From a virus, in the IMG/VR virus record IMGVR_UViG_3300009514_000017, positions 11,791 to 75,790 of that record: a stretch of 64,000 nucleotides of DNA, one strand, 5' to 3'. The position numbers and the translations under genes were made by a program. The notes beneath the pieces are model-generated. The model searched no databases and was not told the DNA's origin. It worked only from the letters and a program-made list of their open reading frames with translations. Of the stretch, positions 29,425 to 39,269 are shown one piece after another (the first letter of the stretch is position 1; each line of letters begins with the position of its first letter).

Positions 29425-30733
29425 CGACCCACCGAGATAGGTCTATGTCGATGCTCTTCTTTGCTAGAGCTCTAGCTCTGATCTCGTTCATCAATGTGTC
29501 ACTCCTGCCTTCATTCGAGGCTTGTACTGCATCCTGCACCAAGCCATCGACGAATTTGTCTCTGCCCTGAGCCTTCAACAGGATGTTCCCATCCTCGTCG
29601 GCCAGTGTGTACCAGGCTCCGGCTACCTCTATGATTCCGTAGTTCACACCAGCCACTAGGGCATCGGTGTAGAAGTCAGCGTGGCCATTCTCGAATGAGA
29701 AGATGAACGAGCCATTACTCCCTTCGTGGATTCCGGCTTTGCCCTTGTCGATGTTCCAGTAGACCAGCTTCCGGTCGAAGATTCTTCTGTCTTCCATTCC
29801 GGTTGGGGTCATCTGAGATCTTCTGAAGTCCTTGTCGGGGGAGGCCCCACCTTGTAGTTCAACGCTCGTGAACTTCGTGTGCTCCAGAGCTTTCCCGCCG
29901 ACGCTTCTGAATAGCCCGGGATTGTTCATCTGTTCCCGGATCTGATTGATGGCGATGATGCAGGACGTTCTGGACTGACCGTAGGCATCCTTCTCGATGA
30001 AGAGTGACGACAGGTGCTGGCAGAACTTCGTCATAGCAACCGACACTCCACCGTACTTCTTCTCACCAATAGAATCCACTTGGGACTCTGAATCTGATAG
30101 CAGTGAGCCAATGGAGTCTATGATTATAAGGTGATAGACATTGGCTTCCACTGCTTCCAGTACCCCATCGAGTAGATACTCTGCGCTGCGTCCGTACATC
30201 TCGTCTATTTGACCAACAGTAGTCGTTAGGTCTGCCCACTGCTCCTTGGTGAAGGACTCCCCACCTCTGGCTACCTCAGCTCGTTCCATGGCGGCAACGT
30301 CTTCGCTGCTGTAGCCAACCACTACTCCGGCTTTTCGGCCTTGTGTGATGTCTAGACGCATCTCCGAGATGGCGAACAAGACCTTCATCTTCTCCCGTAG
30401 CAAGTACTGAAGTTGGCGAACCACCTGCCACGTTAGATAGGATTTGCCAACGCTGAATCTTCCTTTGATCTCAGAGATGCCAGCACAGGGGAAACCTCCC
30501 ATCATCTCGGTGTCGAATGAAATGAGCCCTGTCTGTAATCTCATGTGTCTCCAGACCAGTTCTACATCGGAAGAAGACATGAGCTGGATGCCTTTGTTCT
30601 TCGCAACCTTGGCGAAGACAGCATCTCTCCGCTCATTGCGTGAAGGCATCTTGGCTTCCTGGGTTTTTGCAGCTCCAGGAGTTCTCTTTGCTGAAGCTTT
30701 TTTGACCGCTGCCTTCTTTCTAGCTGCCATCAC
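29417..30733 (-). CDS. recA: RecA/UvsX-like recombinase
   Basis: TGLISFD..GGFP..EIKGRFSVGKS (Walker A), IIIDSIG (Walker B), INQIRE, GGKALEH, IEVAGAWY. Confidence 0.85.
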   Translation of the reverse strand: MMAARKKAAVKKASAKRTPGAAKTQEAKMPSRNERRDAVFAKVAKNKGIQLMSSSDVELVWRHMRLQTGLISFDTEMMGGFPCAGISEIKGRFSVGKSYLTWQVVRQLQYLLREKMKVLFAISEMRLDITQGRKAGVVVGYSSEDVAAMERAEVARGGESFTKEQWADLTTTVGQIDEMYGRSAEYLLDGVLEAVEANVYHLIIIDSIGSLLSDSESQVDSIGEKKYGGVSVAMTKFCQHLSSLFIEKDAYGQSRTSCIIAINQIREQMNNPGLFRSVGGKALEHTKFTSVELQGGASPDKDFRRSQMTPTGMEDRRIFDRKLVYWNIDKGKAGIHEGSNGSFIFSFENGHADFYTDALVAGVNYGIIEVAGAWYTLADEDGNILLKAQGRDKFVDGLVQDAVQASNEGRSDTLMNEIRARALAKKSIDIDLSRWVDE

Positions 30734-30905
30734 TCTCCCTTACTTCTGGTCTCTTCTCAAAGGGTTCGGTTCCACAGTTGGGGCAGTATGTTGGAGGCTG
30801 TGAGTTGCCAAGCTTGACCCCACACTTTGGGCACCTGTACTCGCCAAGCTTTTCAGCCTGCTTTACCAGTTCGTCATCAAACTCCACTCCGTACTTTTCC
30901 ATCAT
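30720..30905 (-). CDS. Small zinc-ribbon protein
   Basis: CPKCG..CPNCGTEPF. Confidence 0.6.
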   Translation of the reverse strand: MMEKYGVEFDDELVKQAEKLGEYRCPKCGVKLGNSQPPTYCPNCGTEPFEKRPEVRESDGS

Positions 30906-31149
30906 GTCTTCTAAACTCCCTGAACCGTATGACGTTCGTCTTTTTCGATTCCACTTTCAACCCAAACAGCATCTTAGGGGCTATGACAACAGAGTAAAAG
31001 CATCCAAACCCTGTCAGCCTAACGTTCCTGTCTCCGTTGTTTAGTGCGGCTCTCACTGTCTTGATGGTAGACAGGAGAACCTTTTTCACATCAGCCCTGG
31101 TCAGATTGGAATCCCTAGCTACCTCTGCAATCAGATCGGAGAAAGTCAT
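30877..31149 (-). CDS. HU/IHF-family DNA-binding protein
   Basis: MTFSDLIAEVA..LTRADVKKVL..VRLTGFGCF..IRFR. TGATG coupling to the polymerase gene. Confidence 0.8.
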   Translation of the reverse strand: MTFSDLIAEVARDSNLTRADVKKVLLSTIKTVRAALNNGDRNVRLTGFGCFYSVVIAPKMLFGLKVESKKTNVIRFREFRRHDGKVRSGV

Positions 31150-33143
31150 CAGTGACACTCCGCCCAATTGTATCCACTGACTGGGCTTACCGGCAGTGGA
31201 ACTAGAAGTGGTTGATCAAACGGGTTCTCCATGTGTAGCTTGATTCTTTCACTTGCAGTCTCACAGACCGAGTCATCGTCTGGGATTTCAAAGATCAGTT
31301 CATCGTGGATCTGCAATAGCAGCCTGCAACCAACCTCGTTCAAGGTTGAATCCCAGAAGCACTTGAGCATGGCCATCATCGCTATGTCGGCAGCAGACCC
31401 CTGGATTCGTGCGTTTACTCCTTGTCGTTCTGCGAGAGCACGTTCCCTCTTTCTCATGGTTCGTACATCACCGAATCTTCGGAACCTACCCATTACAGTC
31501 TGAACGTACCCGACCTTGTTGATCATCTTCTTGTCGTACTCAATGAACTCAAACACTCCTGGGAAGACGTTGAACCACTGGTCGATTAGATCGAACCCGT
31601 CTCTCTCCGAGTAGACCACTGCACCCTTGCTTTCCTTCGTGAGGTTTGCTGCCAGCAGCCTGCCACCGATGCCGTAGATGATGCCAAAGCCAACAGCCTT
31701 CGCACCTTGTCGTCTCTGAAGTAGGTCACGTTCAGTGCTTGTCAGTTCTCTATTCAGTTTGCCAGACTTGATAGCATCGTCTGCTGTCTTGGCTGCAACC
31801 ACCTCTTCATAGCTGACTCTCCCGTTGCTCATCTCAGCGACGGTCAGACAGTGGATATCAACTCCATCGATGATCGCTTGAATCATCTTTCGGTCTTTGG
31901 AGAAGTGCGCCATCAGCCGCATCTCGAGCTGCGCGTAGTCAGCCACCAGCAATCTCATAGCTATACTGGCTATGAACGCTTTCCTGATCTTGAACTCGTC
32001 TCCACCTGGACGAGGGATGTTCTGAAGGTTTGGTTTCGAGCTGGACAATCGACCCGTGACAGTGCCGTGCTGATTTAGGGTGGTGTGCATCCTCCCATCG
32101 TCGGCTACGATATCTCTCATCCCCTTTACATAGGTGCTGTGGATCTTGCTCAACTTCCTATGACGCATGAGGATGTTGGACAGCGGGTCTCCCATGCCTG
32201 CCCACGTCTCCAACGTGTCCTTGTCCAGAGATGGCTTCTTGATGCCAGAAGCCCCTCCGCTCGTGTACTCGATTGGTGTGTACCCGAGCTTGTCGAAGAA
32301 CAGAGTTCGTAGCTGGTCTGTGGAGTTCAGATTTATGATTTGACCGGCAGCCTTGCCAAACTCCTTCTCTATCGACTCAATCTCTTTGAGCATTCCTGGA
32401 GCGATGGCATCCAGGTGTGCAAGATCGATATTGAATCCAGTCCGCTCCATACTGAATAGGACCTTAGTGAATGGAACGCATACGGTGTAGAAGAACCGTT
32501 TGGCAGTCATGCCAGAGTACAGCTCTATCTCTTCCAGTACTTCGTCGTACTTAATGCGAAGGGTGGTGTGGTTGTACGCATCTATAGATGCGTAGTCTGT
32601 TGCGGGAACTACCTTCTCCGGGTCTGCCAGTGCCGTGTAGATGAGCTCCCCTTCTGTCTTTTTCTCCTCACCCTTCTTCTTGATGTTCTTCCCAAAGATC
32701 TCGGCAAAGGTAGGTGGCATCCACCCGAACCACGCGAAGATGTTCTCCTTCAACCCGTGTCTGCCCTGCTTGTTCTCGTCGTGTAACCACGACATGACAC
32801 TGGTGTCTCGCAACTCTCCTGCCTTGGTTATATCGATTCCACGATTGGCGAGCATGTGGGCGTCGAACTTGGCATTGGATATATCGAAGTTGGTTTGTGG
32901 GCTTTCGAGAAGAGGCCGAAAGATTGGTAGGAGCTCTGCTGTTAGACAGATCCTGGTGTTCACATCCGATAGCGACCAGATGATTGGATAGGACCTCATA
33001 TTGTTTATGCCGGTCGTTTCCGTGTCTAGTCCCAGCCCGTTGTTAACGAACCTCGATTGCATGTAGTAGTCGAGCCACTGCTCTGCGTCCTGTTGGAGGC
33101 AGACGAAATGGGATGGCGGAAGCTGAATATTGAATGCTTGCAT
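31149..33143 (-). CDS. polA: Family A DNA polymerase with 3'-5' exonuclease (no 5' nuclease domain)
   Basis: ExoI LDTETTG, ExoII NAKFD, motif A ADYAQLEMR, motif B RQGAKAVGFGIIYG, motif C QIHDEL, and TGRLSS..PNLQNIP. Start placed at 33143 because 33153-33183 is a hairpin. Confidence 0.95.
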   Translation of the reverse strand: MQAFNIQLPPSHFVCLQQDAEQWLDYYMQSRFVNNGLGLDTETTGINNMRSYPIIWSLSDVNTRICLTAELLPIFRPLLESPQTNFDISNAKFDAHMLANRGIDITKAGELRDTSVMSWLHDENKQGRHGLKENIFAWFGWMPPTFAEIFGKNIKKKGEEKKTEGELIYTALADPEKVVPATDYASIDAYNHTTLRIKYDEVLEEIELYSGMTAKRFFYTVCVPFTKVLFSMERTGFNIDLAHLDAIAPGMLKEIESIEKEFGKAAGQIINLNSTDQLRTLFFDKLGYTPIEYTSGGASGIKKPSLDKDTLETWAGMGDPLSNILMRHRKLSKIHSTYVKGMRDIVADDGRMHTTLNQHGTVTGRLSSSKPNLQNIPRPGGDEFKIRKAFIASIAMRLLVADYAQLEMRLMAHFSKDRKMIQAIIDGVDIHCLTVAEMSNGRVSYEEVVAAKTADDAIKSGKLNRELTSTERDLLQRRQGAKAVGFGIIYGIGGRLLAANLTKESKGAVVYSERDGFDLIDQWFNVFPGVFEFIEYDKKMINKVGYVQTVMGRFRRFGDVRTMRKRERALAERQGVNARIQGSAADIAMMAMLKCFWDSTLNEVGCRLLLQIHDELIFEIPDDDSVCETASERIKLHMENPFDQPLLVPLPVSPVSGYNWAECH

Positions 33144-33152
33144 GGGGTAGAA

Positions 33153-33183
33153 AGGTGGTCCCCGCTTTTGGCGGGGACCACCT
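33153..33183 (-). terminator. GC-rich hairpin (attenuator or processing site) between the SSB candidate and polA
   Basis: Perfect 13-bp stem AGGTGGTCCCCGC/GCGGGGACCACCT with a 5-nt loop; short U tail on the minus strand. Confidence 0.55.
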
Positions 33184-33194
33184 CTCATTACCTC

Positions 33195-34550
33195 CTAGTA
33201 TGGAACGTCCTCTTCTTCTCCCTCATCGTTGTTACTGAACTGAGGAGGGGGAGAGAACTGAGGGGGAGAGGGGAAGGGAGCCGGCTGTGGTGCGTACCCA
33301 TTGGTAGGGGATGGTCTCTGTGGCTGCTGCGCGTACATCTGCTGCGGAGCCATCTGCTGCCCTTGTGGGAATCCCATAGGCGGTTGACCATAGCCTGGAA
33401 CCGGGGCTCCATACTGTGGTGCCATGTGGGAGAGATTGAGTTCCATCCGATCTGCGTGTGCCTTTGGGTCTAGCGGCTTGTGGATTTCGCGGAAGTCGAA
33501 CGGCTCTGCCGTCAACTCCTCCAATCTCTGCTGAAGAGTCTGTTCGTGTAGCAGGGCCGGGTTGACCCTCTTCGAGAACTCCTCTACGGACTCGAACTTG
33601 CTGAGGACCATGTGACTGTTGGTTCCCTCACCCTGACGCAGACCGTGCAGGACTACGTCAAACATCGACTGAGAGGTTCCGGTCTGATTGCAGGATGAAC
33701 AGACCGAGTACTCCTTCAGTGCAACCATTGTCCGACAGGTTGGGCATGGATGCCTCTGAACGACGATCTTTGCCAGTTCATCATCCGATCCCGGATACGT
33801 CGCTGCATCGATGATCGCGGTGTTGCAGGTGGGGCAATAGAAGCAGACTGCCTTAACTTCACCACCACACTGACAACGAGTTGATACGAGCTGGTCCCAC
33901 GCTTCTAGGTCTGCAAGGTGACCACTCCCGATCTCGAAGTAGCGCTTCTTCCCCAGCACGTCCACCACGCTGTCTCCGTAGTTCGGCCAGTATTCTCCCT
34001 GCTGTAGGTTGGCCGGTGGGTGACCAGCCCTGACTCGGCAGAAGTTGCAGGCTCTGCCAACACACTCGTCATCCACCATGACGAATTCATTGGTCTCCTT
34101 CTTCTGCACCCACTGATTGTCCTTGGTTCCCCACAGAGGGTGCCGGTGATAGATCCCGAGGTGAGCCACAGTGAAGTAGAACTTGTCCTTCAGGTTGATG
34201 GTCTTGTCACCCTGGTCCATGTGCATGCAGGACAGGCAGGGCTGTGGATTGTATGGGTCGGTTCCTGCGGAGCACGGAACATCTCTGAACTTGACCTGAC
34301 TGATCTTGCGAGTGTGGGTCGGTATCCGACAGAACGGTAGCCTCACGTCCTTTGGCTGCCCGGTGGCTGGGTCTAGCTCCACCAGGTCCGGAGACGGGTT
34401 CGTCTCCACGTAATCACCATTCACGATGATGATCGGAGTAGGGCTCGAGGGTAGACGCAGGCGGTCCCTCCAACTCCCATACTTCTTCTTCCTGCCACCA
34501 GCGGCATTGATGGCACGAGCGCCTCTCCGGAAGTTACTTGTTAGGGACAT
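33195..34550 (-). CDS. Putative single-stranded DNA-binding protein with multiple Zn-finger motifs
   Basis: Lies between primase and polymerase. gp32-like H..C..CxxC early segment plus several more CxxC pairs. P/Q-rich linker and acidic EEEDVPY C-terminus like SSB tails. Confidence 0.55.
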   Translation of the reverse strand: MSLTSNFRRGARAINAAGGRKKKYGSWRDRLRLPSSPTPIIIVNGDYVETNPSPDLVELDPATGQPKDVRLPFCRIPTHTRKISQVKFRDVPCSAGTDPYNPQPCLSCMHMDQGDKTINLKDKFYFTVAHLGIYHRHPLWGTKDNQWVQKKETNEFVMVDDECVGRACNFCRVRAGHPPANLQQGEYWPNYGDSVVDVLGKKRYFEIGSGHLADLEAWDQLVSTRCQCGGEVKAVCFYCPTCNTAIIDAATYPGSDDELAKIVVQRHPCPTCRTMVALKEYSVCSSCNQTGTSQSMFDVVLHGLRQGEGTNSHMVLSKFESVEEFSKRVNPALLHEQTLQQRLEELTAEPFDFREIHKPLDPKAHADRMELNLSHMAPQYGAPVPGYGQPPMGFPQGQQMAPQQMYAQQPQRPSPTNGYAPQPAPFPSPPQFSPPPQFSNNDEGEEEDVPY

Positions 34551-35634
34551 ACAGTTTTCCTCTCTTCCTCATTACTGCGTTCAAGTGCTCTATGTACAAC
34601 ATGGAACTTATAACGAACTCGCGAATGCCTTCTGGCTCGTAGTCGTCTGGTTGAGTGTTGGAGTCATCCTCAGGATACTGCATGACCATGACCTTGCCTC
34701 TCGACACCTCCCATAGTTGATCTCCTATGGTGAGTGCAGCCTCTATTCCGGCGCTGTCGTTGTCTAGACAGAGGACGAAGGTAACTCCCAATCTCTCCAG
34801 TATTCGTTTCTGGTAGCGCGTCAAGGAGCTCCCCATGAGTGCCACAGTGTTTGAGAACCCAGACTGAATCATCCACAGGCATGCCTTGAACCCTTCGGTG
34901 ATGAAGAGCGTACCCTGCCCGTCGGACATCCCAACTAGGCTTGGATAGATGCGGTTCAAGTTCCAGATATACTTACGGTTTTCCAGGTGGTAGGTCGGGA
35001 ACATCTCATCGAACCAGCTCCCATAGTCACTTGGGATGACAGTTCCATCTCGTCGTTTTCTGCACCCTTCGTAGACGTGGTACTTGGGTTGCTGGCTGCT
35101 GATGGTTGCGCCACCTGAATATCCGACCAAGCCGCCGTACACATCCCTGATTGGATACATGATTCTTTGGCGTTTCTTGTCGTACCCAATCTCCATGTCG
35201 GCCAAGAGTTGAGTATCAAACCCTTTCTCTGTCAGGGCGGTGGGTGTGTGGTCGTATACACCCACCAGTGCTTCCGGTAGAACTACGTCCGCCTTGTAGG
35301 GATCTTTGTCAGAGAAGAAATGCTTTTCTGTGAAGTCGTGTATCTGACGATTGCGATCCAGTACAGGCTGGATGGTGCTCGTCTCTGCATCAATGATGTG
35401 CCTAGCAACTCCAAGGAGCCGCAGCAGTCGTTTGATGTCTCCGCCCTTGGAGGCTGGACATCCTTCCGTGAAGCAGTGGAATAGTCCCTTCTCGAGGTTG
35501 ACTGAGAATGACGGTCTATTCTCGGACCCACCCTTGTGAAACGGGCACTTCGTCAGGACGTTCCCCATCATCCCGCCACGGAAGTGCGACGTAGGCATGT
35601 ACTTCTGAATGAGTGACAGAACCTCCTGCTGCAT
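34534..35634 (-). CDS. dnaG: DNA primase (CHC2 Zn finger + TOPRIM)
   Basis: CPFH..PSFSVN..FHCF..C; RIMYPI; PKY; ITEG; CLDNDSAG; QPDD. Confidence 0.9.
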   Translation of the reverse strand: MQQEVLSLIQKYMPTSHFRGGMMGNVLTKCPFHKGGSENRPSFSVNLEKGLFHCFTEGCPASKGGDIKRLLRLLGVARHIIDAETSTIQPVLDRNRQIHDFTEKHFFSDKDPYKADVVLPEALVGVYDHTPTALTEKGFDTQLLADMEIGYDKKRQRIMYPIRDVYGGLVGYSGGATISSQQPKYHVYEGCRKRRDGTVIPSDYGSWFDEMFPTYHLENRKYIWNLNRIYPSLVGMSDGQGTLFITEGFKACLWMIQSGFSNTVALMGSSLTRYQKRILERLGVTFVLCLDNDSAGIEAALTIGDQLWEVSRGKVMVMQYPEDDSNTQPDDYEPEGIREFVISSMLYIEHLNAVMRKRGKLYVPNK

Positions 35635-35653
35635 TAGTCTTCCTCATGGATGA

Positions 35654-37048
35654 CTACCTTCGACCAAACTGTGGTGGTGGAATATGTGCTGGCAGGTTGT
35701 TGGACCCGCCGGGCAAGTTTCCACTGGTCTTCTGTTGCTTCTTCTTCTCACCATACTCACGCATCTCTTCAACGCTGGAGTAGGACTTGATGAAGCTGAA
35801 GTCAGTCGATGGAATTGCGTTTATGATGAACCCGTCTATGTCGGTCTCACGAGTTCCAGGCATACCAACGATGATCTCATTGGCATGAGTTTCAGGATTC
35901 TTGACCTTGTTGATTTTGTAGACAACGTCTGCATCTTGGCCAAGAGCATCTGCATATCCAATCTCGGTCAGGTCTTCACCACGAGATCCTTGACTACCTC
36001 TGTTCGCCTGAGTGATCCCAACCACTGGGATGCTGAAGTCTCTGGCTAGACCTTTCGCATCCTGTGAGATGTTGGTGATGTTCTTCCAATCCACGGACTT
36101 GGTCTTAGATCTGTCGTCCTTCATCAGGTAGAGGCCATCGATGAACACGATGTCTGGGTCCAGCTCTTCTATCTTTGATCGAATCCACGACATCCCACCA
36201 CCATCTGCTACTCCCCTATCCGACAACAGAATGAGGAATGGGCGTTTGATCCCATAATAGGATGCTGCTTCCTCGTCCTCTTTCAAACTGGAAGCCATTG
36301 TCCACACATAGTTGAGGATGTGCGGTTGCAGTTGACCCTTCTTGAACGCCGAGTAATCAACACGAGCGAGAAGAGTGATGATCCTGCGTCTGAGTGCAGC
36401 AACACTCATCTCTCTGGAGAAGAAGATCACTCTCTTCCTGGCCATCGTGTAACAGAAGGTCGCCATCATAAGGGCAACCCAAGTCTTCATGCTCTTAGGT
36501 CGTCCGAAGATGACGATGAACTCTTCCGGGTTCATCCCTAGTAGTTCCTGGTTCAACACGTCCCACGGATAAGGGATGCCGGTTATTCCACCACCAACTA
36601 CTATATCTTCATACTCTTCGCGGATGCTTTGGTATGCATCAGCCATGGACAGGTCTTCACCGCTTGTGTAGGACCTGTTGATAGAGAGGACTCTCTCCCT
36701 CGCTATCTCAAGAAGTTCTTGTGGATCTCCACTAGCCCCGGTTATCAACTCCTGTCCGAGGTTGTACAGATCAATCTTCTGTTTTTCTCTGCGAATGTGG
36801 TCACAGAGAACCGGAACCGAGTCTGGTGCGTACATCAACTGGAAGGATGGAAACGTTTGTCTCAGCATGTCGATGCTGGGAACTTGTCCAGATGTTGCTG
36901 GAGATCTATAAATCCTTCTCAGGTGCCTGTAGATCTCTTTGGCTTCCGCTGATGAGAAGAAGTCCTCGTCGATCTTCGCCCTGTCCAGTGACCGGAAATC
37001 CGAATCTTGTATAACCCTCGAGATGAGGGCGAATTCGATATTGCTCAC
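35654..37048 (-). CDS. dnaB: DnaB-like replicative helicase
   Basis: GITGIPYPW, GRPKSMKT (Walker A), FFSREMS, VFIDGLYLM, ITQANR, QDADVV. Confidence 0.9.
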   Translation of the reverse strand: MSNIEFALISRVIQDSDFRSLDRAKIDEDFFSSAEAKEIYRHLRRIYRSPATSGQVPSIDMLRQTFPSFQLMYAPDSVPVLCDHIRREKQKIDLYNLGQELITGASGDPQELLEIARERVLSINRSYTSGEDLSMADAYQSIREEYEDIVVGGGITGIPYPWDVLNQELLGMNPEEFIVIFGRPKSMKTWVALMMATFCYTMARKRVIFFSREMSVAALRRRIITLLARVDYSAFKKGQLQPHILNYVWTMASSLKEDEEAASYYGIKRPFLILLSDRGVADGGGMSWIRSKIEELDPDIVFIDGLYLMKDDRSKTKSVDWKNITNISQDAKGLARDFSIPVVGITQANRGSQGSRGEDLTEIGYADALGQDADVVYKINKVKNPETHANEIIVGMPGTRETDIDGFIINAIPSTDFSFIKSYSSVEEMREYGEKKKQQKTSGNLPGGSNNLPAHIPPPQFGRR

Positions 37049-37131
37049 ATTCCTCCCGTCTCAGGGTGTGTTGAGCATCTCATAACACTCTGGGTCGTAC
37101 CTTGTCTCAGATTTTGGTTGGTTCTTGAAGG

Positions 37132-37458
37132 TCAAAGACTGGGGATACCATCACTAGAGCCGTCGTTCAGTTCGGACTCTAGTCCTTGTGGTCTAACAAC
37201 CAGCTCACCAACGGACACGAACAGGTCAGCAGCTATGTCCAATTCCATAGATCTGACTAGCTCGCTCATGATCTCCAGAGTTCTATCACTCCACCCGACC
37301 AGCCTTGTGTTTGGGCCAACTCGGATGTGTGATTCCTCGTTCTGATCTGATGCTAGATAGTAGGTAGACCCGAGGCTGAACGCCTCGCTGTTGAGTTGTG
37401 AAAACGTGATGTTGGCTATCGACACGTTCGTGAGCTTGCATCCAGAGCCTGGAGTCAT
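37132..37458 (-). CDS. Hypothetical protein
   Basis: 108-aa ORF with AGGAG upstream, in operon orientation. Confidence 0.45.
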   Translation of the reverse strand: MTPGSGCKLTNVSIANITFSQLNSEAFSLGSTYYLASDQNEESHIRVGPNTRLVGWSDRTLEIMSELVRSMELDIAADLFVSVGELVVRPQGLESELNDGSSDGIPSL

Positions 37459-37466
37459 GTTCTCTC

Positions 37467-37847
37467 CTAGAACTTGTAGGCGTCGGGACGACCGCGCTGA
37501 GCCAGCATCTGTCTCAGCTGACTCTCTGCTTCTTCAAATGCCTGCTGCGCTAAGGCCCCAGCATAGTACTTGACCAGGGTCGCAGCCTGCTGGAATGAGG
37601 AATCGTCTTCGTCTCCTTCGTTGCATGCAGCAGACACAGTGAAGGAACCAGATACTCCTGTACCAAAGTCCTTCATGCTGAAGTCCTTTGTAGAAGAAAC
37701 TCGTAGCTGTGCGTTTCCGATCAACGGCTGAAATCGTGACATCATTTCCTCGTCAGGTTGCTGGTCGATAGCAAATGGATACATCTCATCACCGAGGATG
37801 ATCTGCACCCTGCCAGAAATTCTTGGCTCAACCAGGATAGCGTCCAC
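37467..37847 (-). CDS. Hypothetical protein
   Basis: 126-aa ORF coupled to the upstream gene. Confidence 0.55.
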   Translation of the reverse strand: MDAILVEPRISGRVQIILGDEMYPFAIDQQPDEEMMSRFQPLIGNAQLRVSSTKDFSMKDFGTGVSGSFTVSAACNEGDEDDSSFQQAATLVKYYAGALAQQAFEEAESQLRQMLAQRGRPDAYKF

Positions 37848-38449
37848 TACTTGATCTCACCAAGAAATAGAACTGGCCTAGCTCCAGATACGACAGCCGT
37901 GGATTCCATCTCGTCGTAGGCTTCATCAATCACTTTCTCGAGGTTGTGCTCCTCCAGCCAGACCAGAACGTTCGGGAAGTCGATGTTCCACTCGTATGAA
38001 ACCAGGGACTTTTCATTCCCGCTCTTGTCATAGGTCTTCAGTGCCATGAGCTCATCGAGCTTGCCCAATTTGCGCAGCTCATCGAACAACTCGTCTGAAG
38101 AGAACCGCCTCTTGGTTCTTGACTCCACTTTCAGAGTTCCTACCGTGAGCCTGGTAGCGTTTCCTCTAGGTCCCCGAAGGTTATCCGGGTCCAGCTTGAT
38201 GGCATCTCTCAGCTTGATTTTAGCTTTAGCCAACTCACCGTTTCGCCGCTCTACCAATCTGGCAATGTGGTCAAGCGCAAGGACGTGCTGAGACATCAAG
38301 TGATTGATGTCTGGCATGGTGTTCCAAGCAGGTATCAAGTATCTACCGGTCTTGAACTCTTCGATGAAATCCTTCATCTCCTGGTCTGCATCCTCGAATG
38401 CAGCAACAGCTATTTCATGTTCCTTCTGTTCAATTATAGGCTGTTCCAT
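37847..38449 (-). CDS. Hypothetical protein (coiled coil + beta hairpin, loosely Gam/gp157-like)
   Basis: 200 aa; helical N-half followed by TVGTLKVESRTKRRF. Confidence 0.5.
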   Translation of the reverse strand: MEQPIIEQKEHEIAVAAFEDADQEMKDFIEEFKTGRYLIPAWNTMPDINHLMSQHVLALDHIARLVERRNGELAKAKIKLRDAIKLDPDNLRGPRGNATRLTVGTLKVESRTKRRFSSDELFDELRKLGKLDELMALKTYDKSGNEKSLVSYEWNIDFPNVLVWLEEHNLEKVIDEAYDEMESTAVVSGARPVLFLGEIK

Positions 38450-39269
38450 CTACCATCCTGATTGGCATTGGGGTGCCAAAGTGTTGGTAACGAATTACAT
38501 CTACTATAGTCATTGCACTCCTCCACTCGTCTATGGTGGAGGTCCAAGCACCTTCTTTCCTGTTCCAGTCTGCAACTCTGAGCAGGTAGGCTGGGTGGAA
38601 TGTGGCCATCACTGGGTATATGATGGGTGCAATGTTTCCACGAATCTCGACCTCGAAGATCTGACCGTGCTTCTTGGTGATCTCCATCTTCTTTCCCGTC
38701 AGCGTTTCCAATGCGACCTTGCCTGACGAGATGATCAGTATCGGATCAACGATGTAGATCAAATTCCTGACCCGCTCCCAACAAGCCTTGGCCCAGGCAG
38801 CTACCGGTGTGACGTTGTCTTCTGGACGACATGCCACGATGTTGGTCACGAAGAATTGTTCTCTTCGATACTCGAACATCTTCTCGTGGAAATGAGTCTC
38901 GGCTTGACGAGACGCTCGCTTCATTGGCTTGAACCACTTCCACAACTCCTGGATGCCAGAGTCGTCTGAGGTCATGGCTATGAGCTTGTTCATCAGCCGA
39001 CCAGAATCTCCAACGAAAGGGATTCCCGTCTGGTCTTCCACTTCTCCAGGAGCTTCACCGATGATCATTACGTCGGCGTCTGGGTTACCGTCAGCAAACA
39101 CAATTCCGTGTTCGCGCTGCTGGTGCAGTGGACATGCCATGCAGTTTTCCCACTGCGAGTACAACTCCTGTAGCTGTTGTGCCTTGTCACCGCTGAAGAT
39201 TCCCAATGGGAGTCCGTCGTACTTCTTCGCCTTCAGCTTTCTTGGGCTTCTGGTTTTAGCTGTTGTCAT
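38430..39269 (-). CDS. Family 4 uracil-DNA glycosylase (4Fe-4S)
   Basis: CMACPLH, VFADGNPDADVMIIGEAPG, PFVG, TNIVACRP..C, TFHPAYLLR. Confidence 0.9.
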   Translation of the reverse strand: MTTAKTRSPRKLKAKKYDGLPLGIFSGDKAQQLQELYSQWENCMACPLHQQREHGIVFADGNPDADVMIIGEAPGEVEDQTGIPFVGDSGRLMNKLIAMTSDDSGIQELWKWFKPMKRASRQAETHFHEKMFEYRREQFFVTNIVACRPEDNVTPVAAWAKACWERVRNLIYIVDPILIISSGKVALETLTGKKMEITKKHGQIFEVEIRGNIAPIIYPVMATFHPAYLLRVADWNRKEGAWTSTIDEWRSAMTIVDVIRYQHFGTPMPIRMVDGTAYN

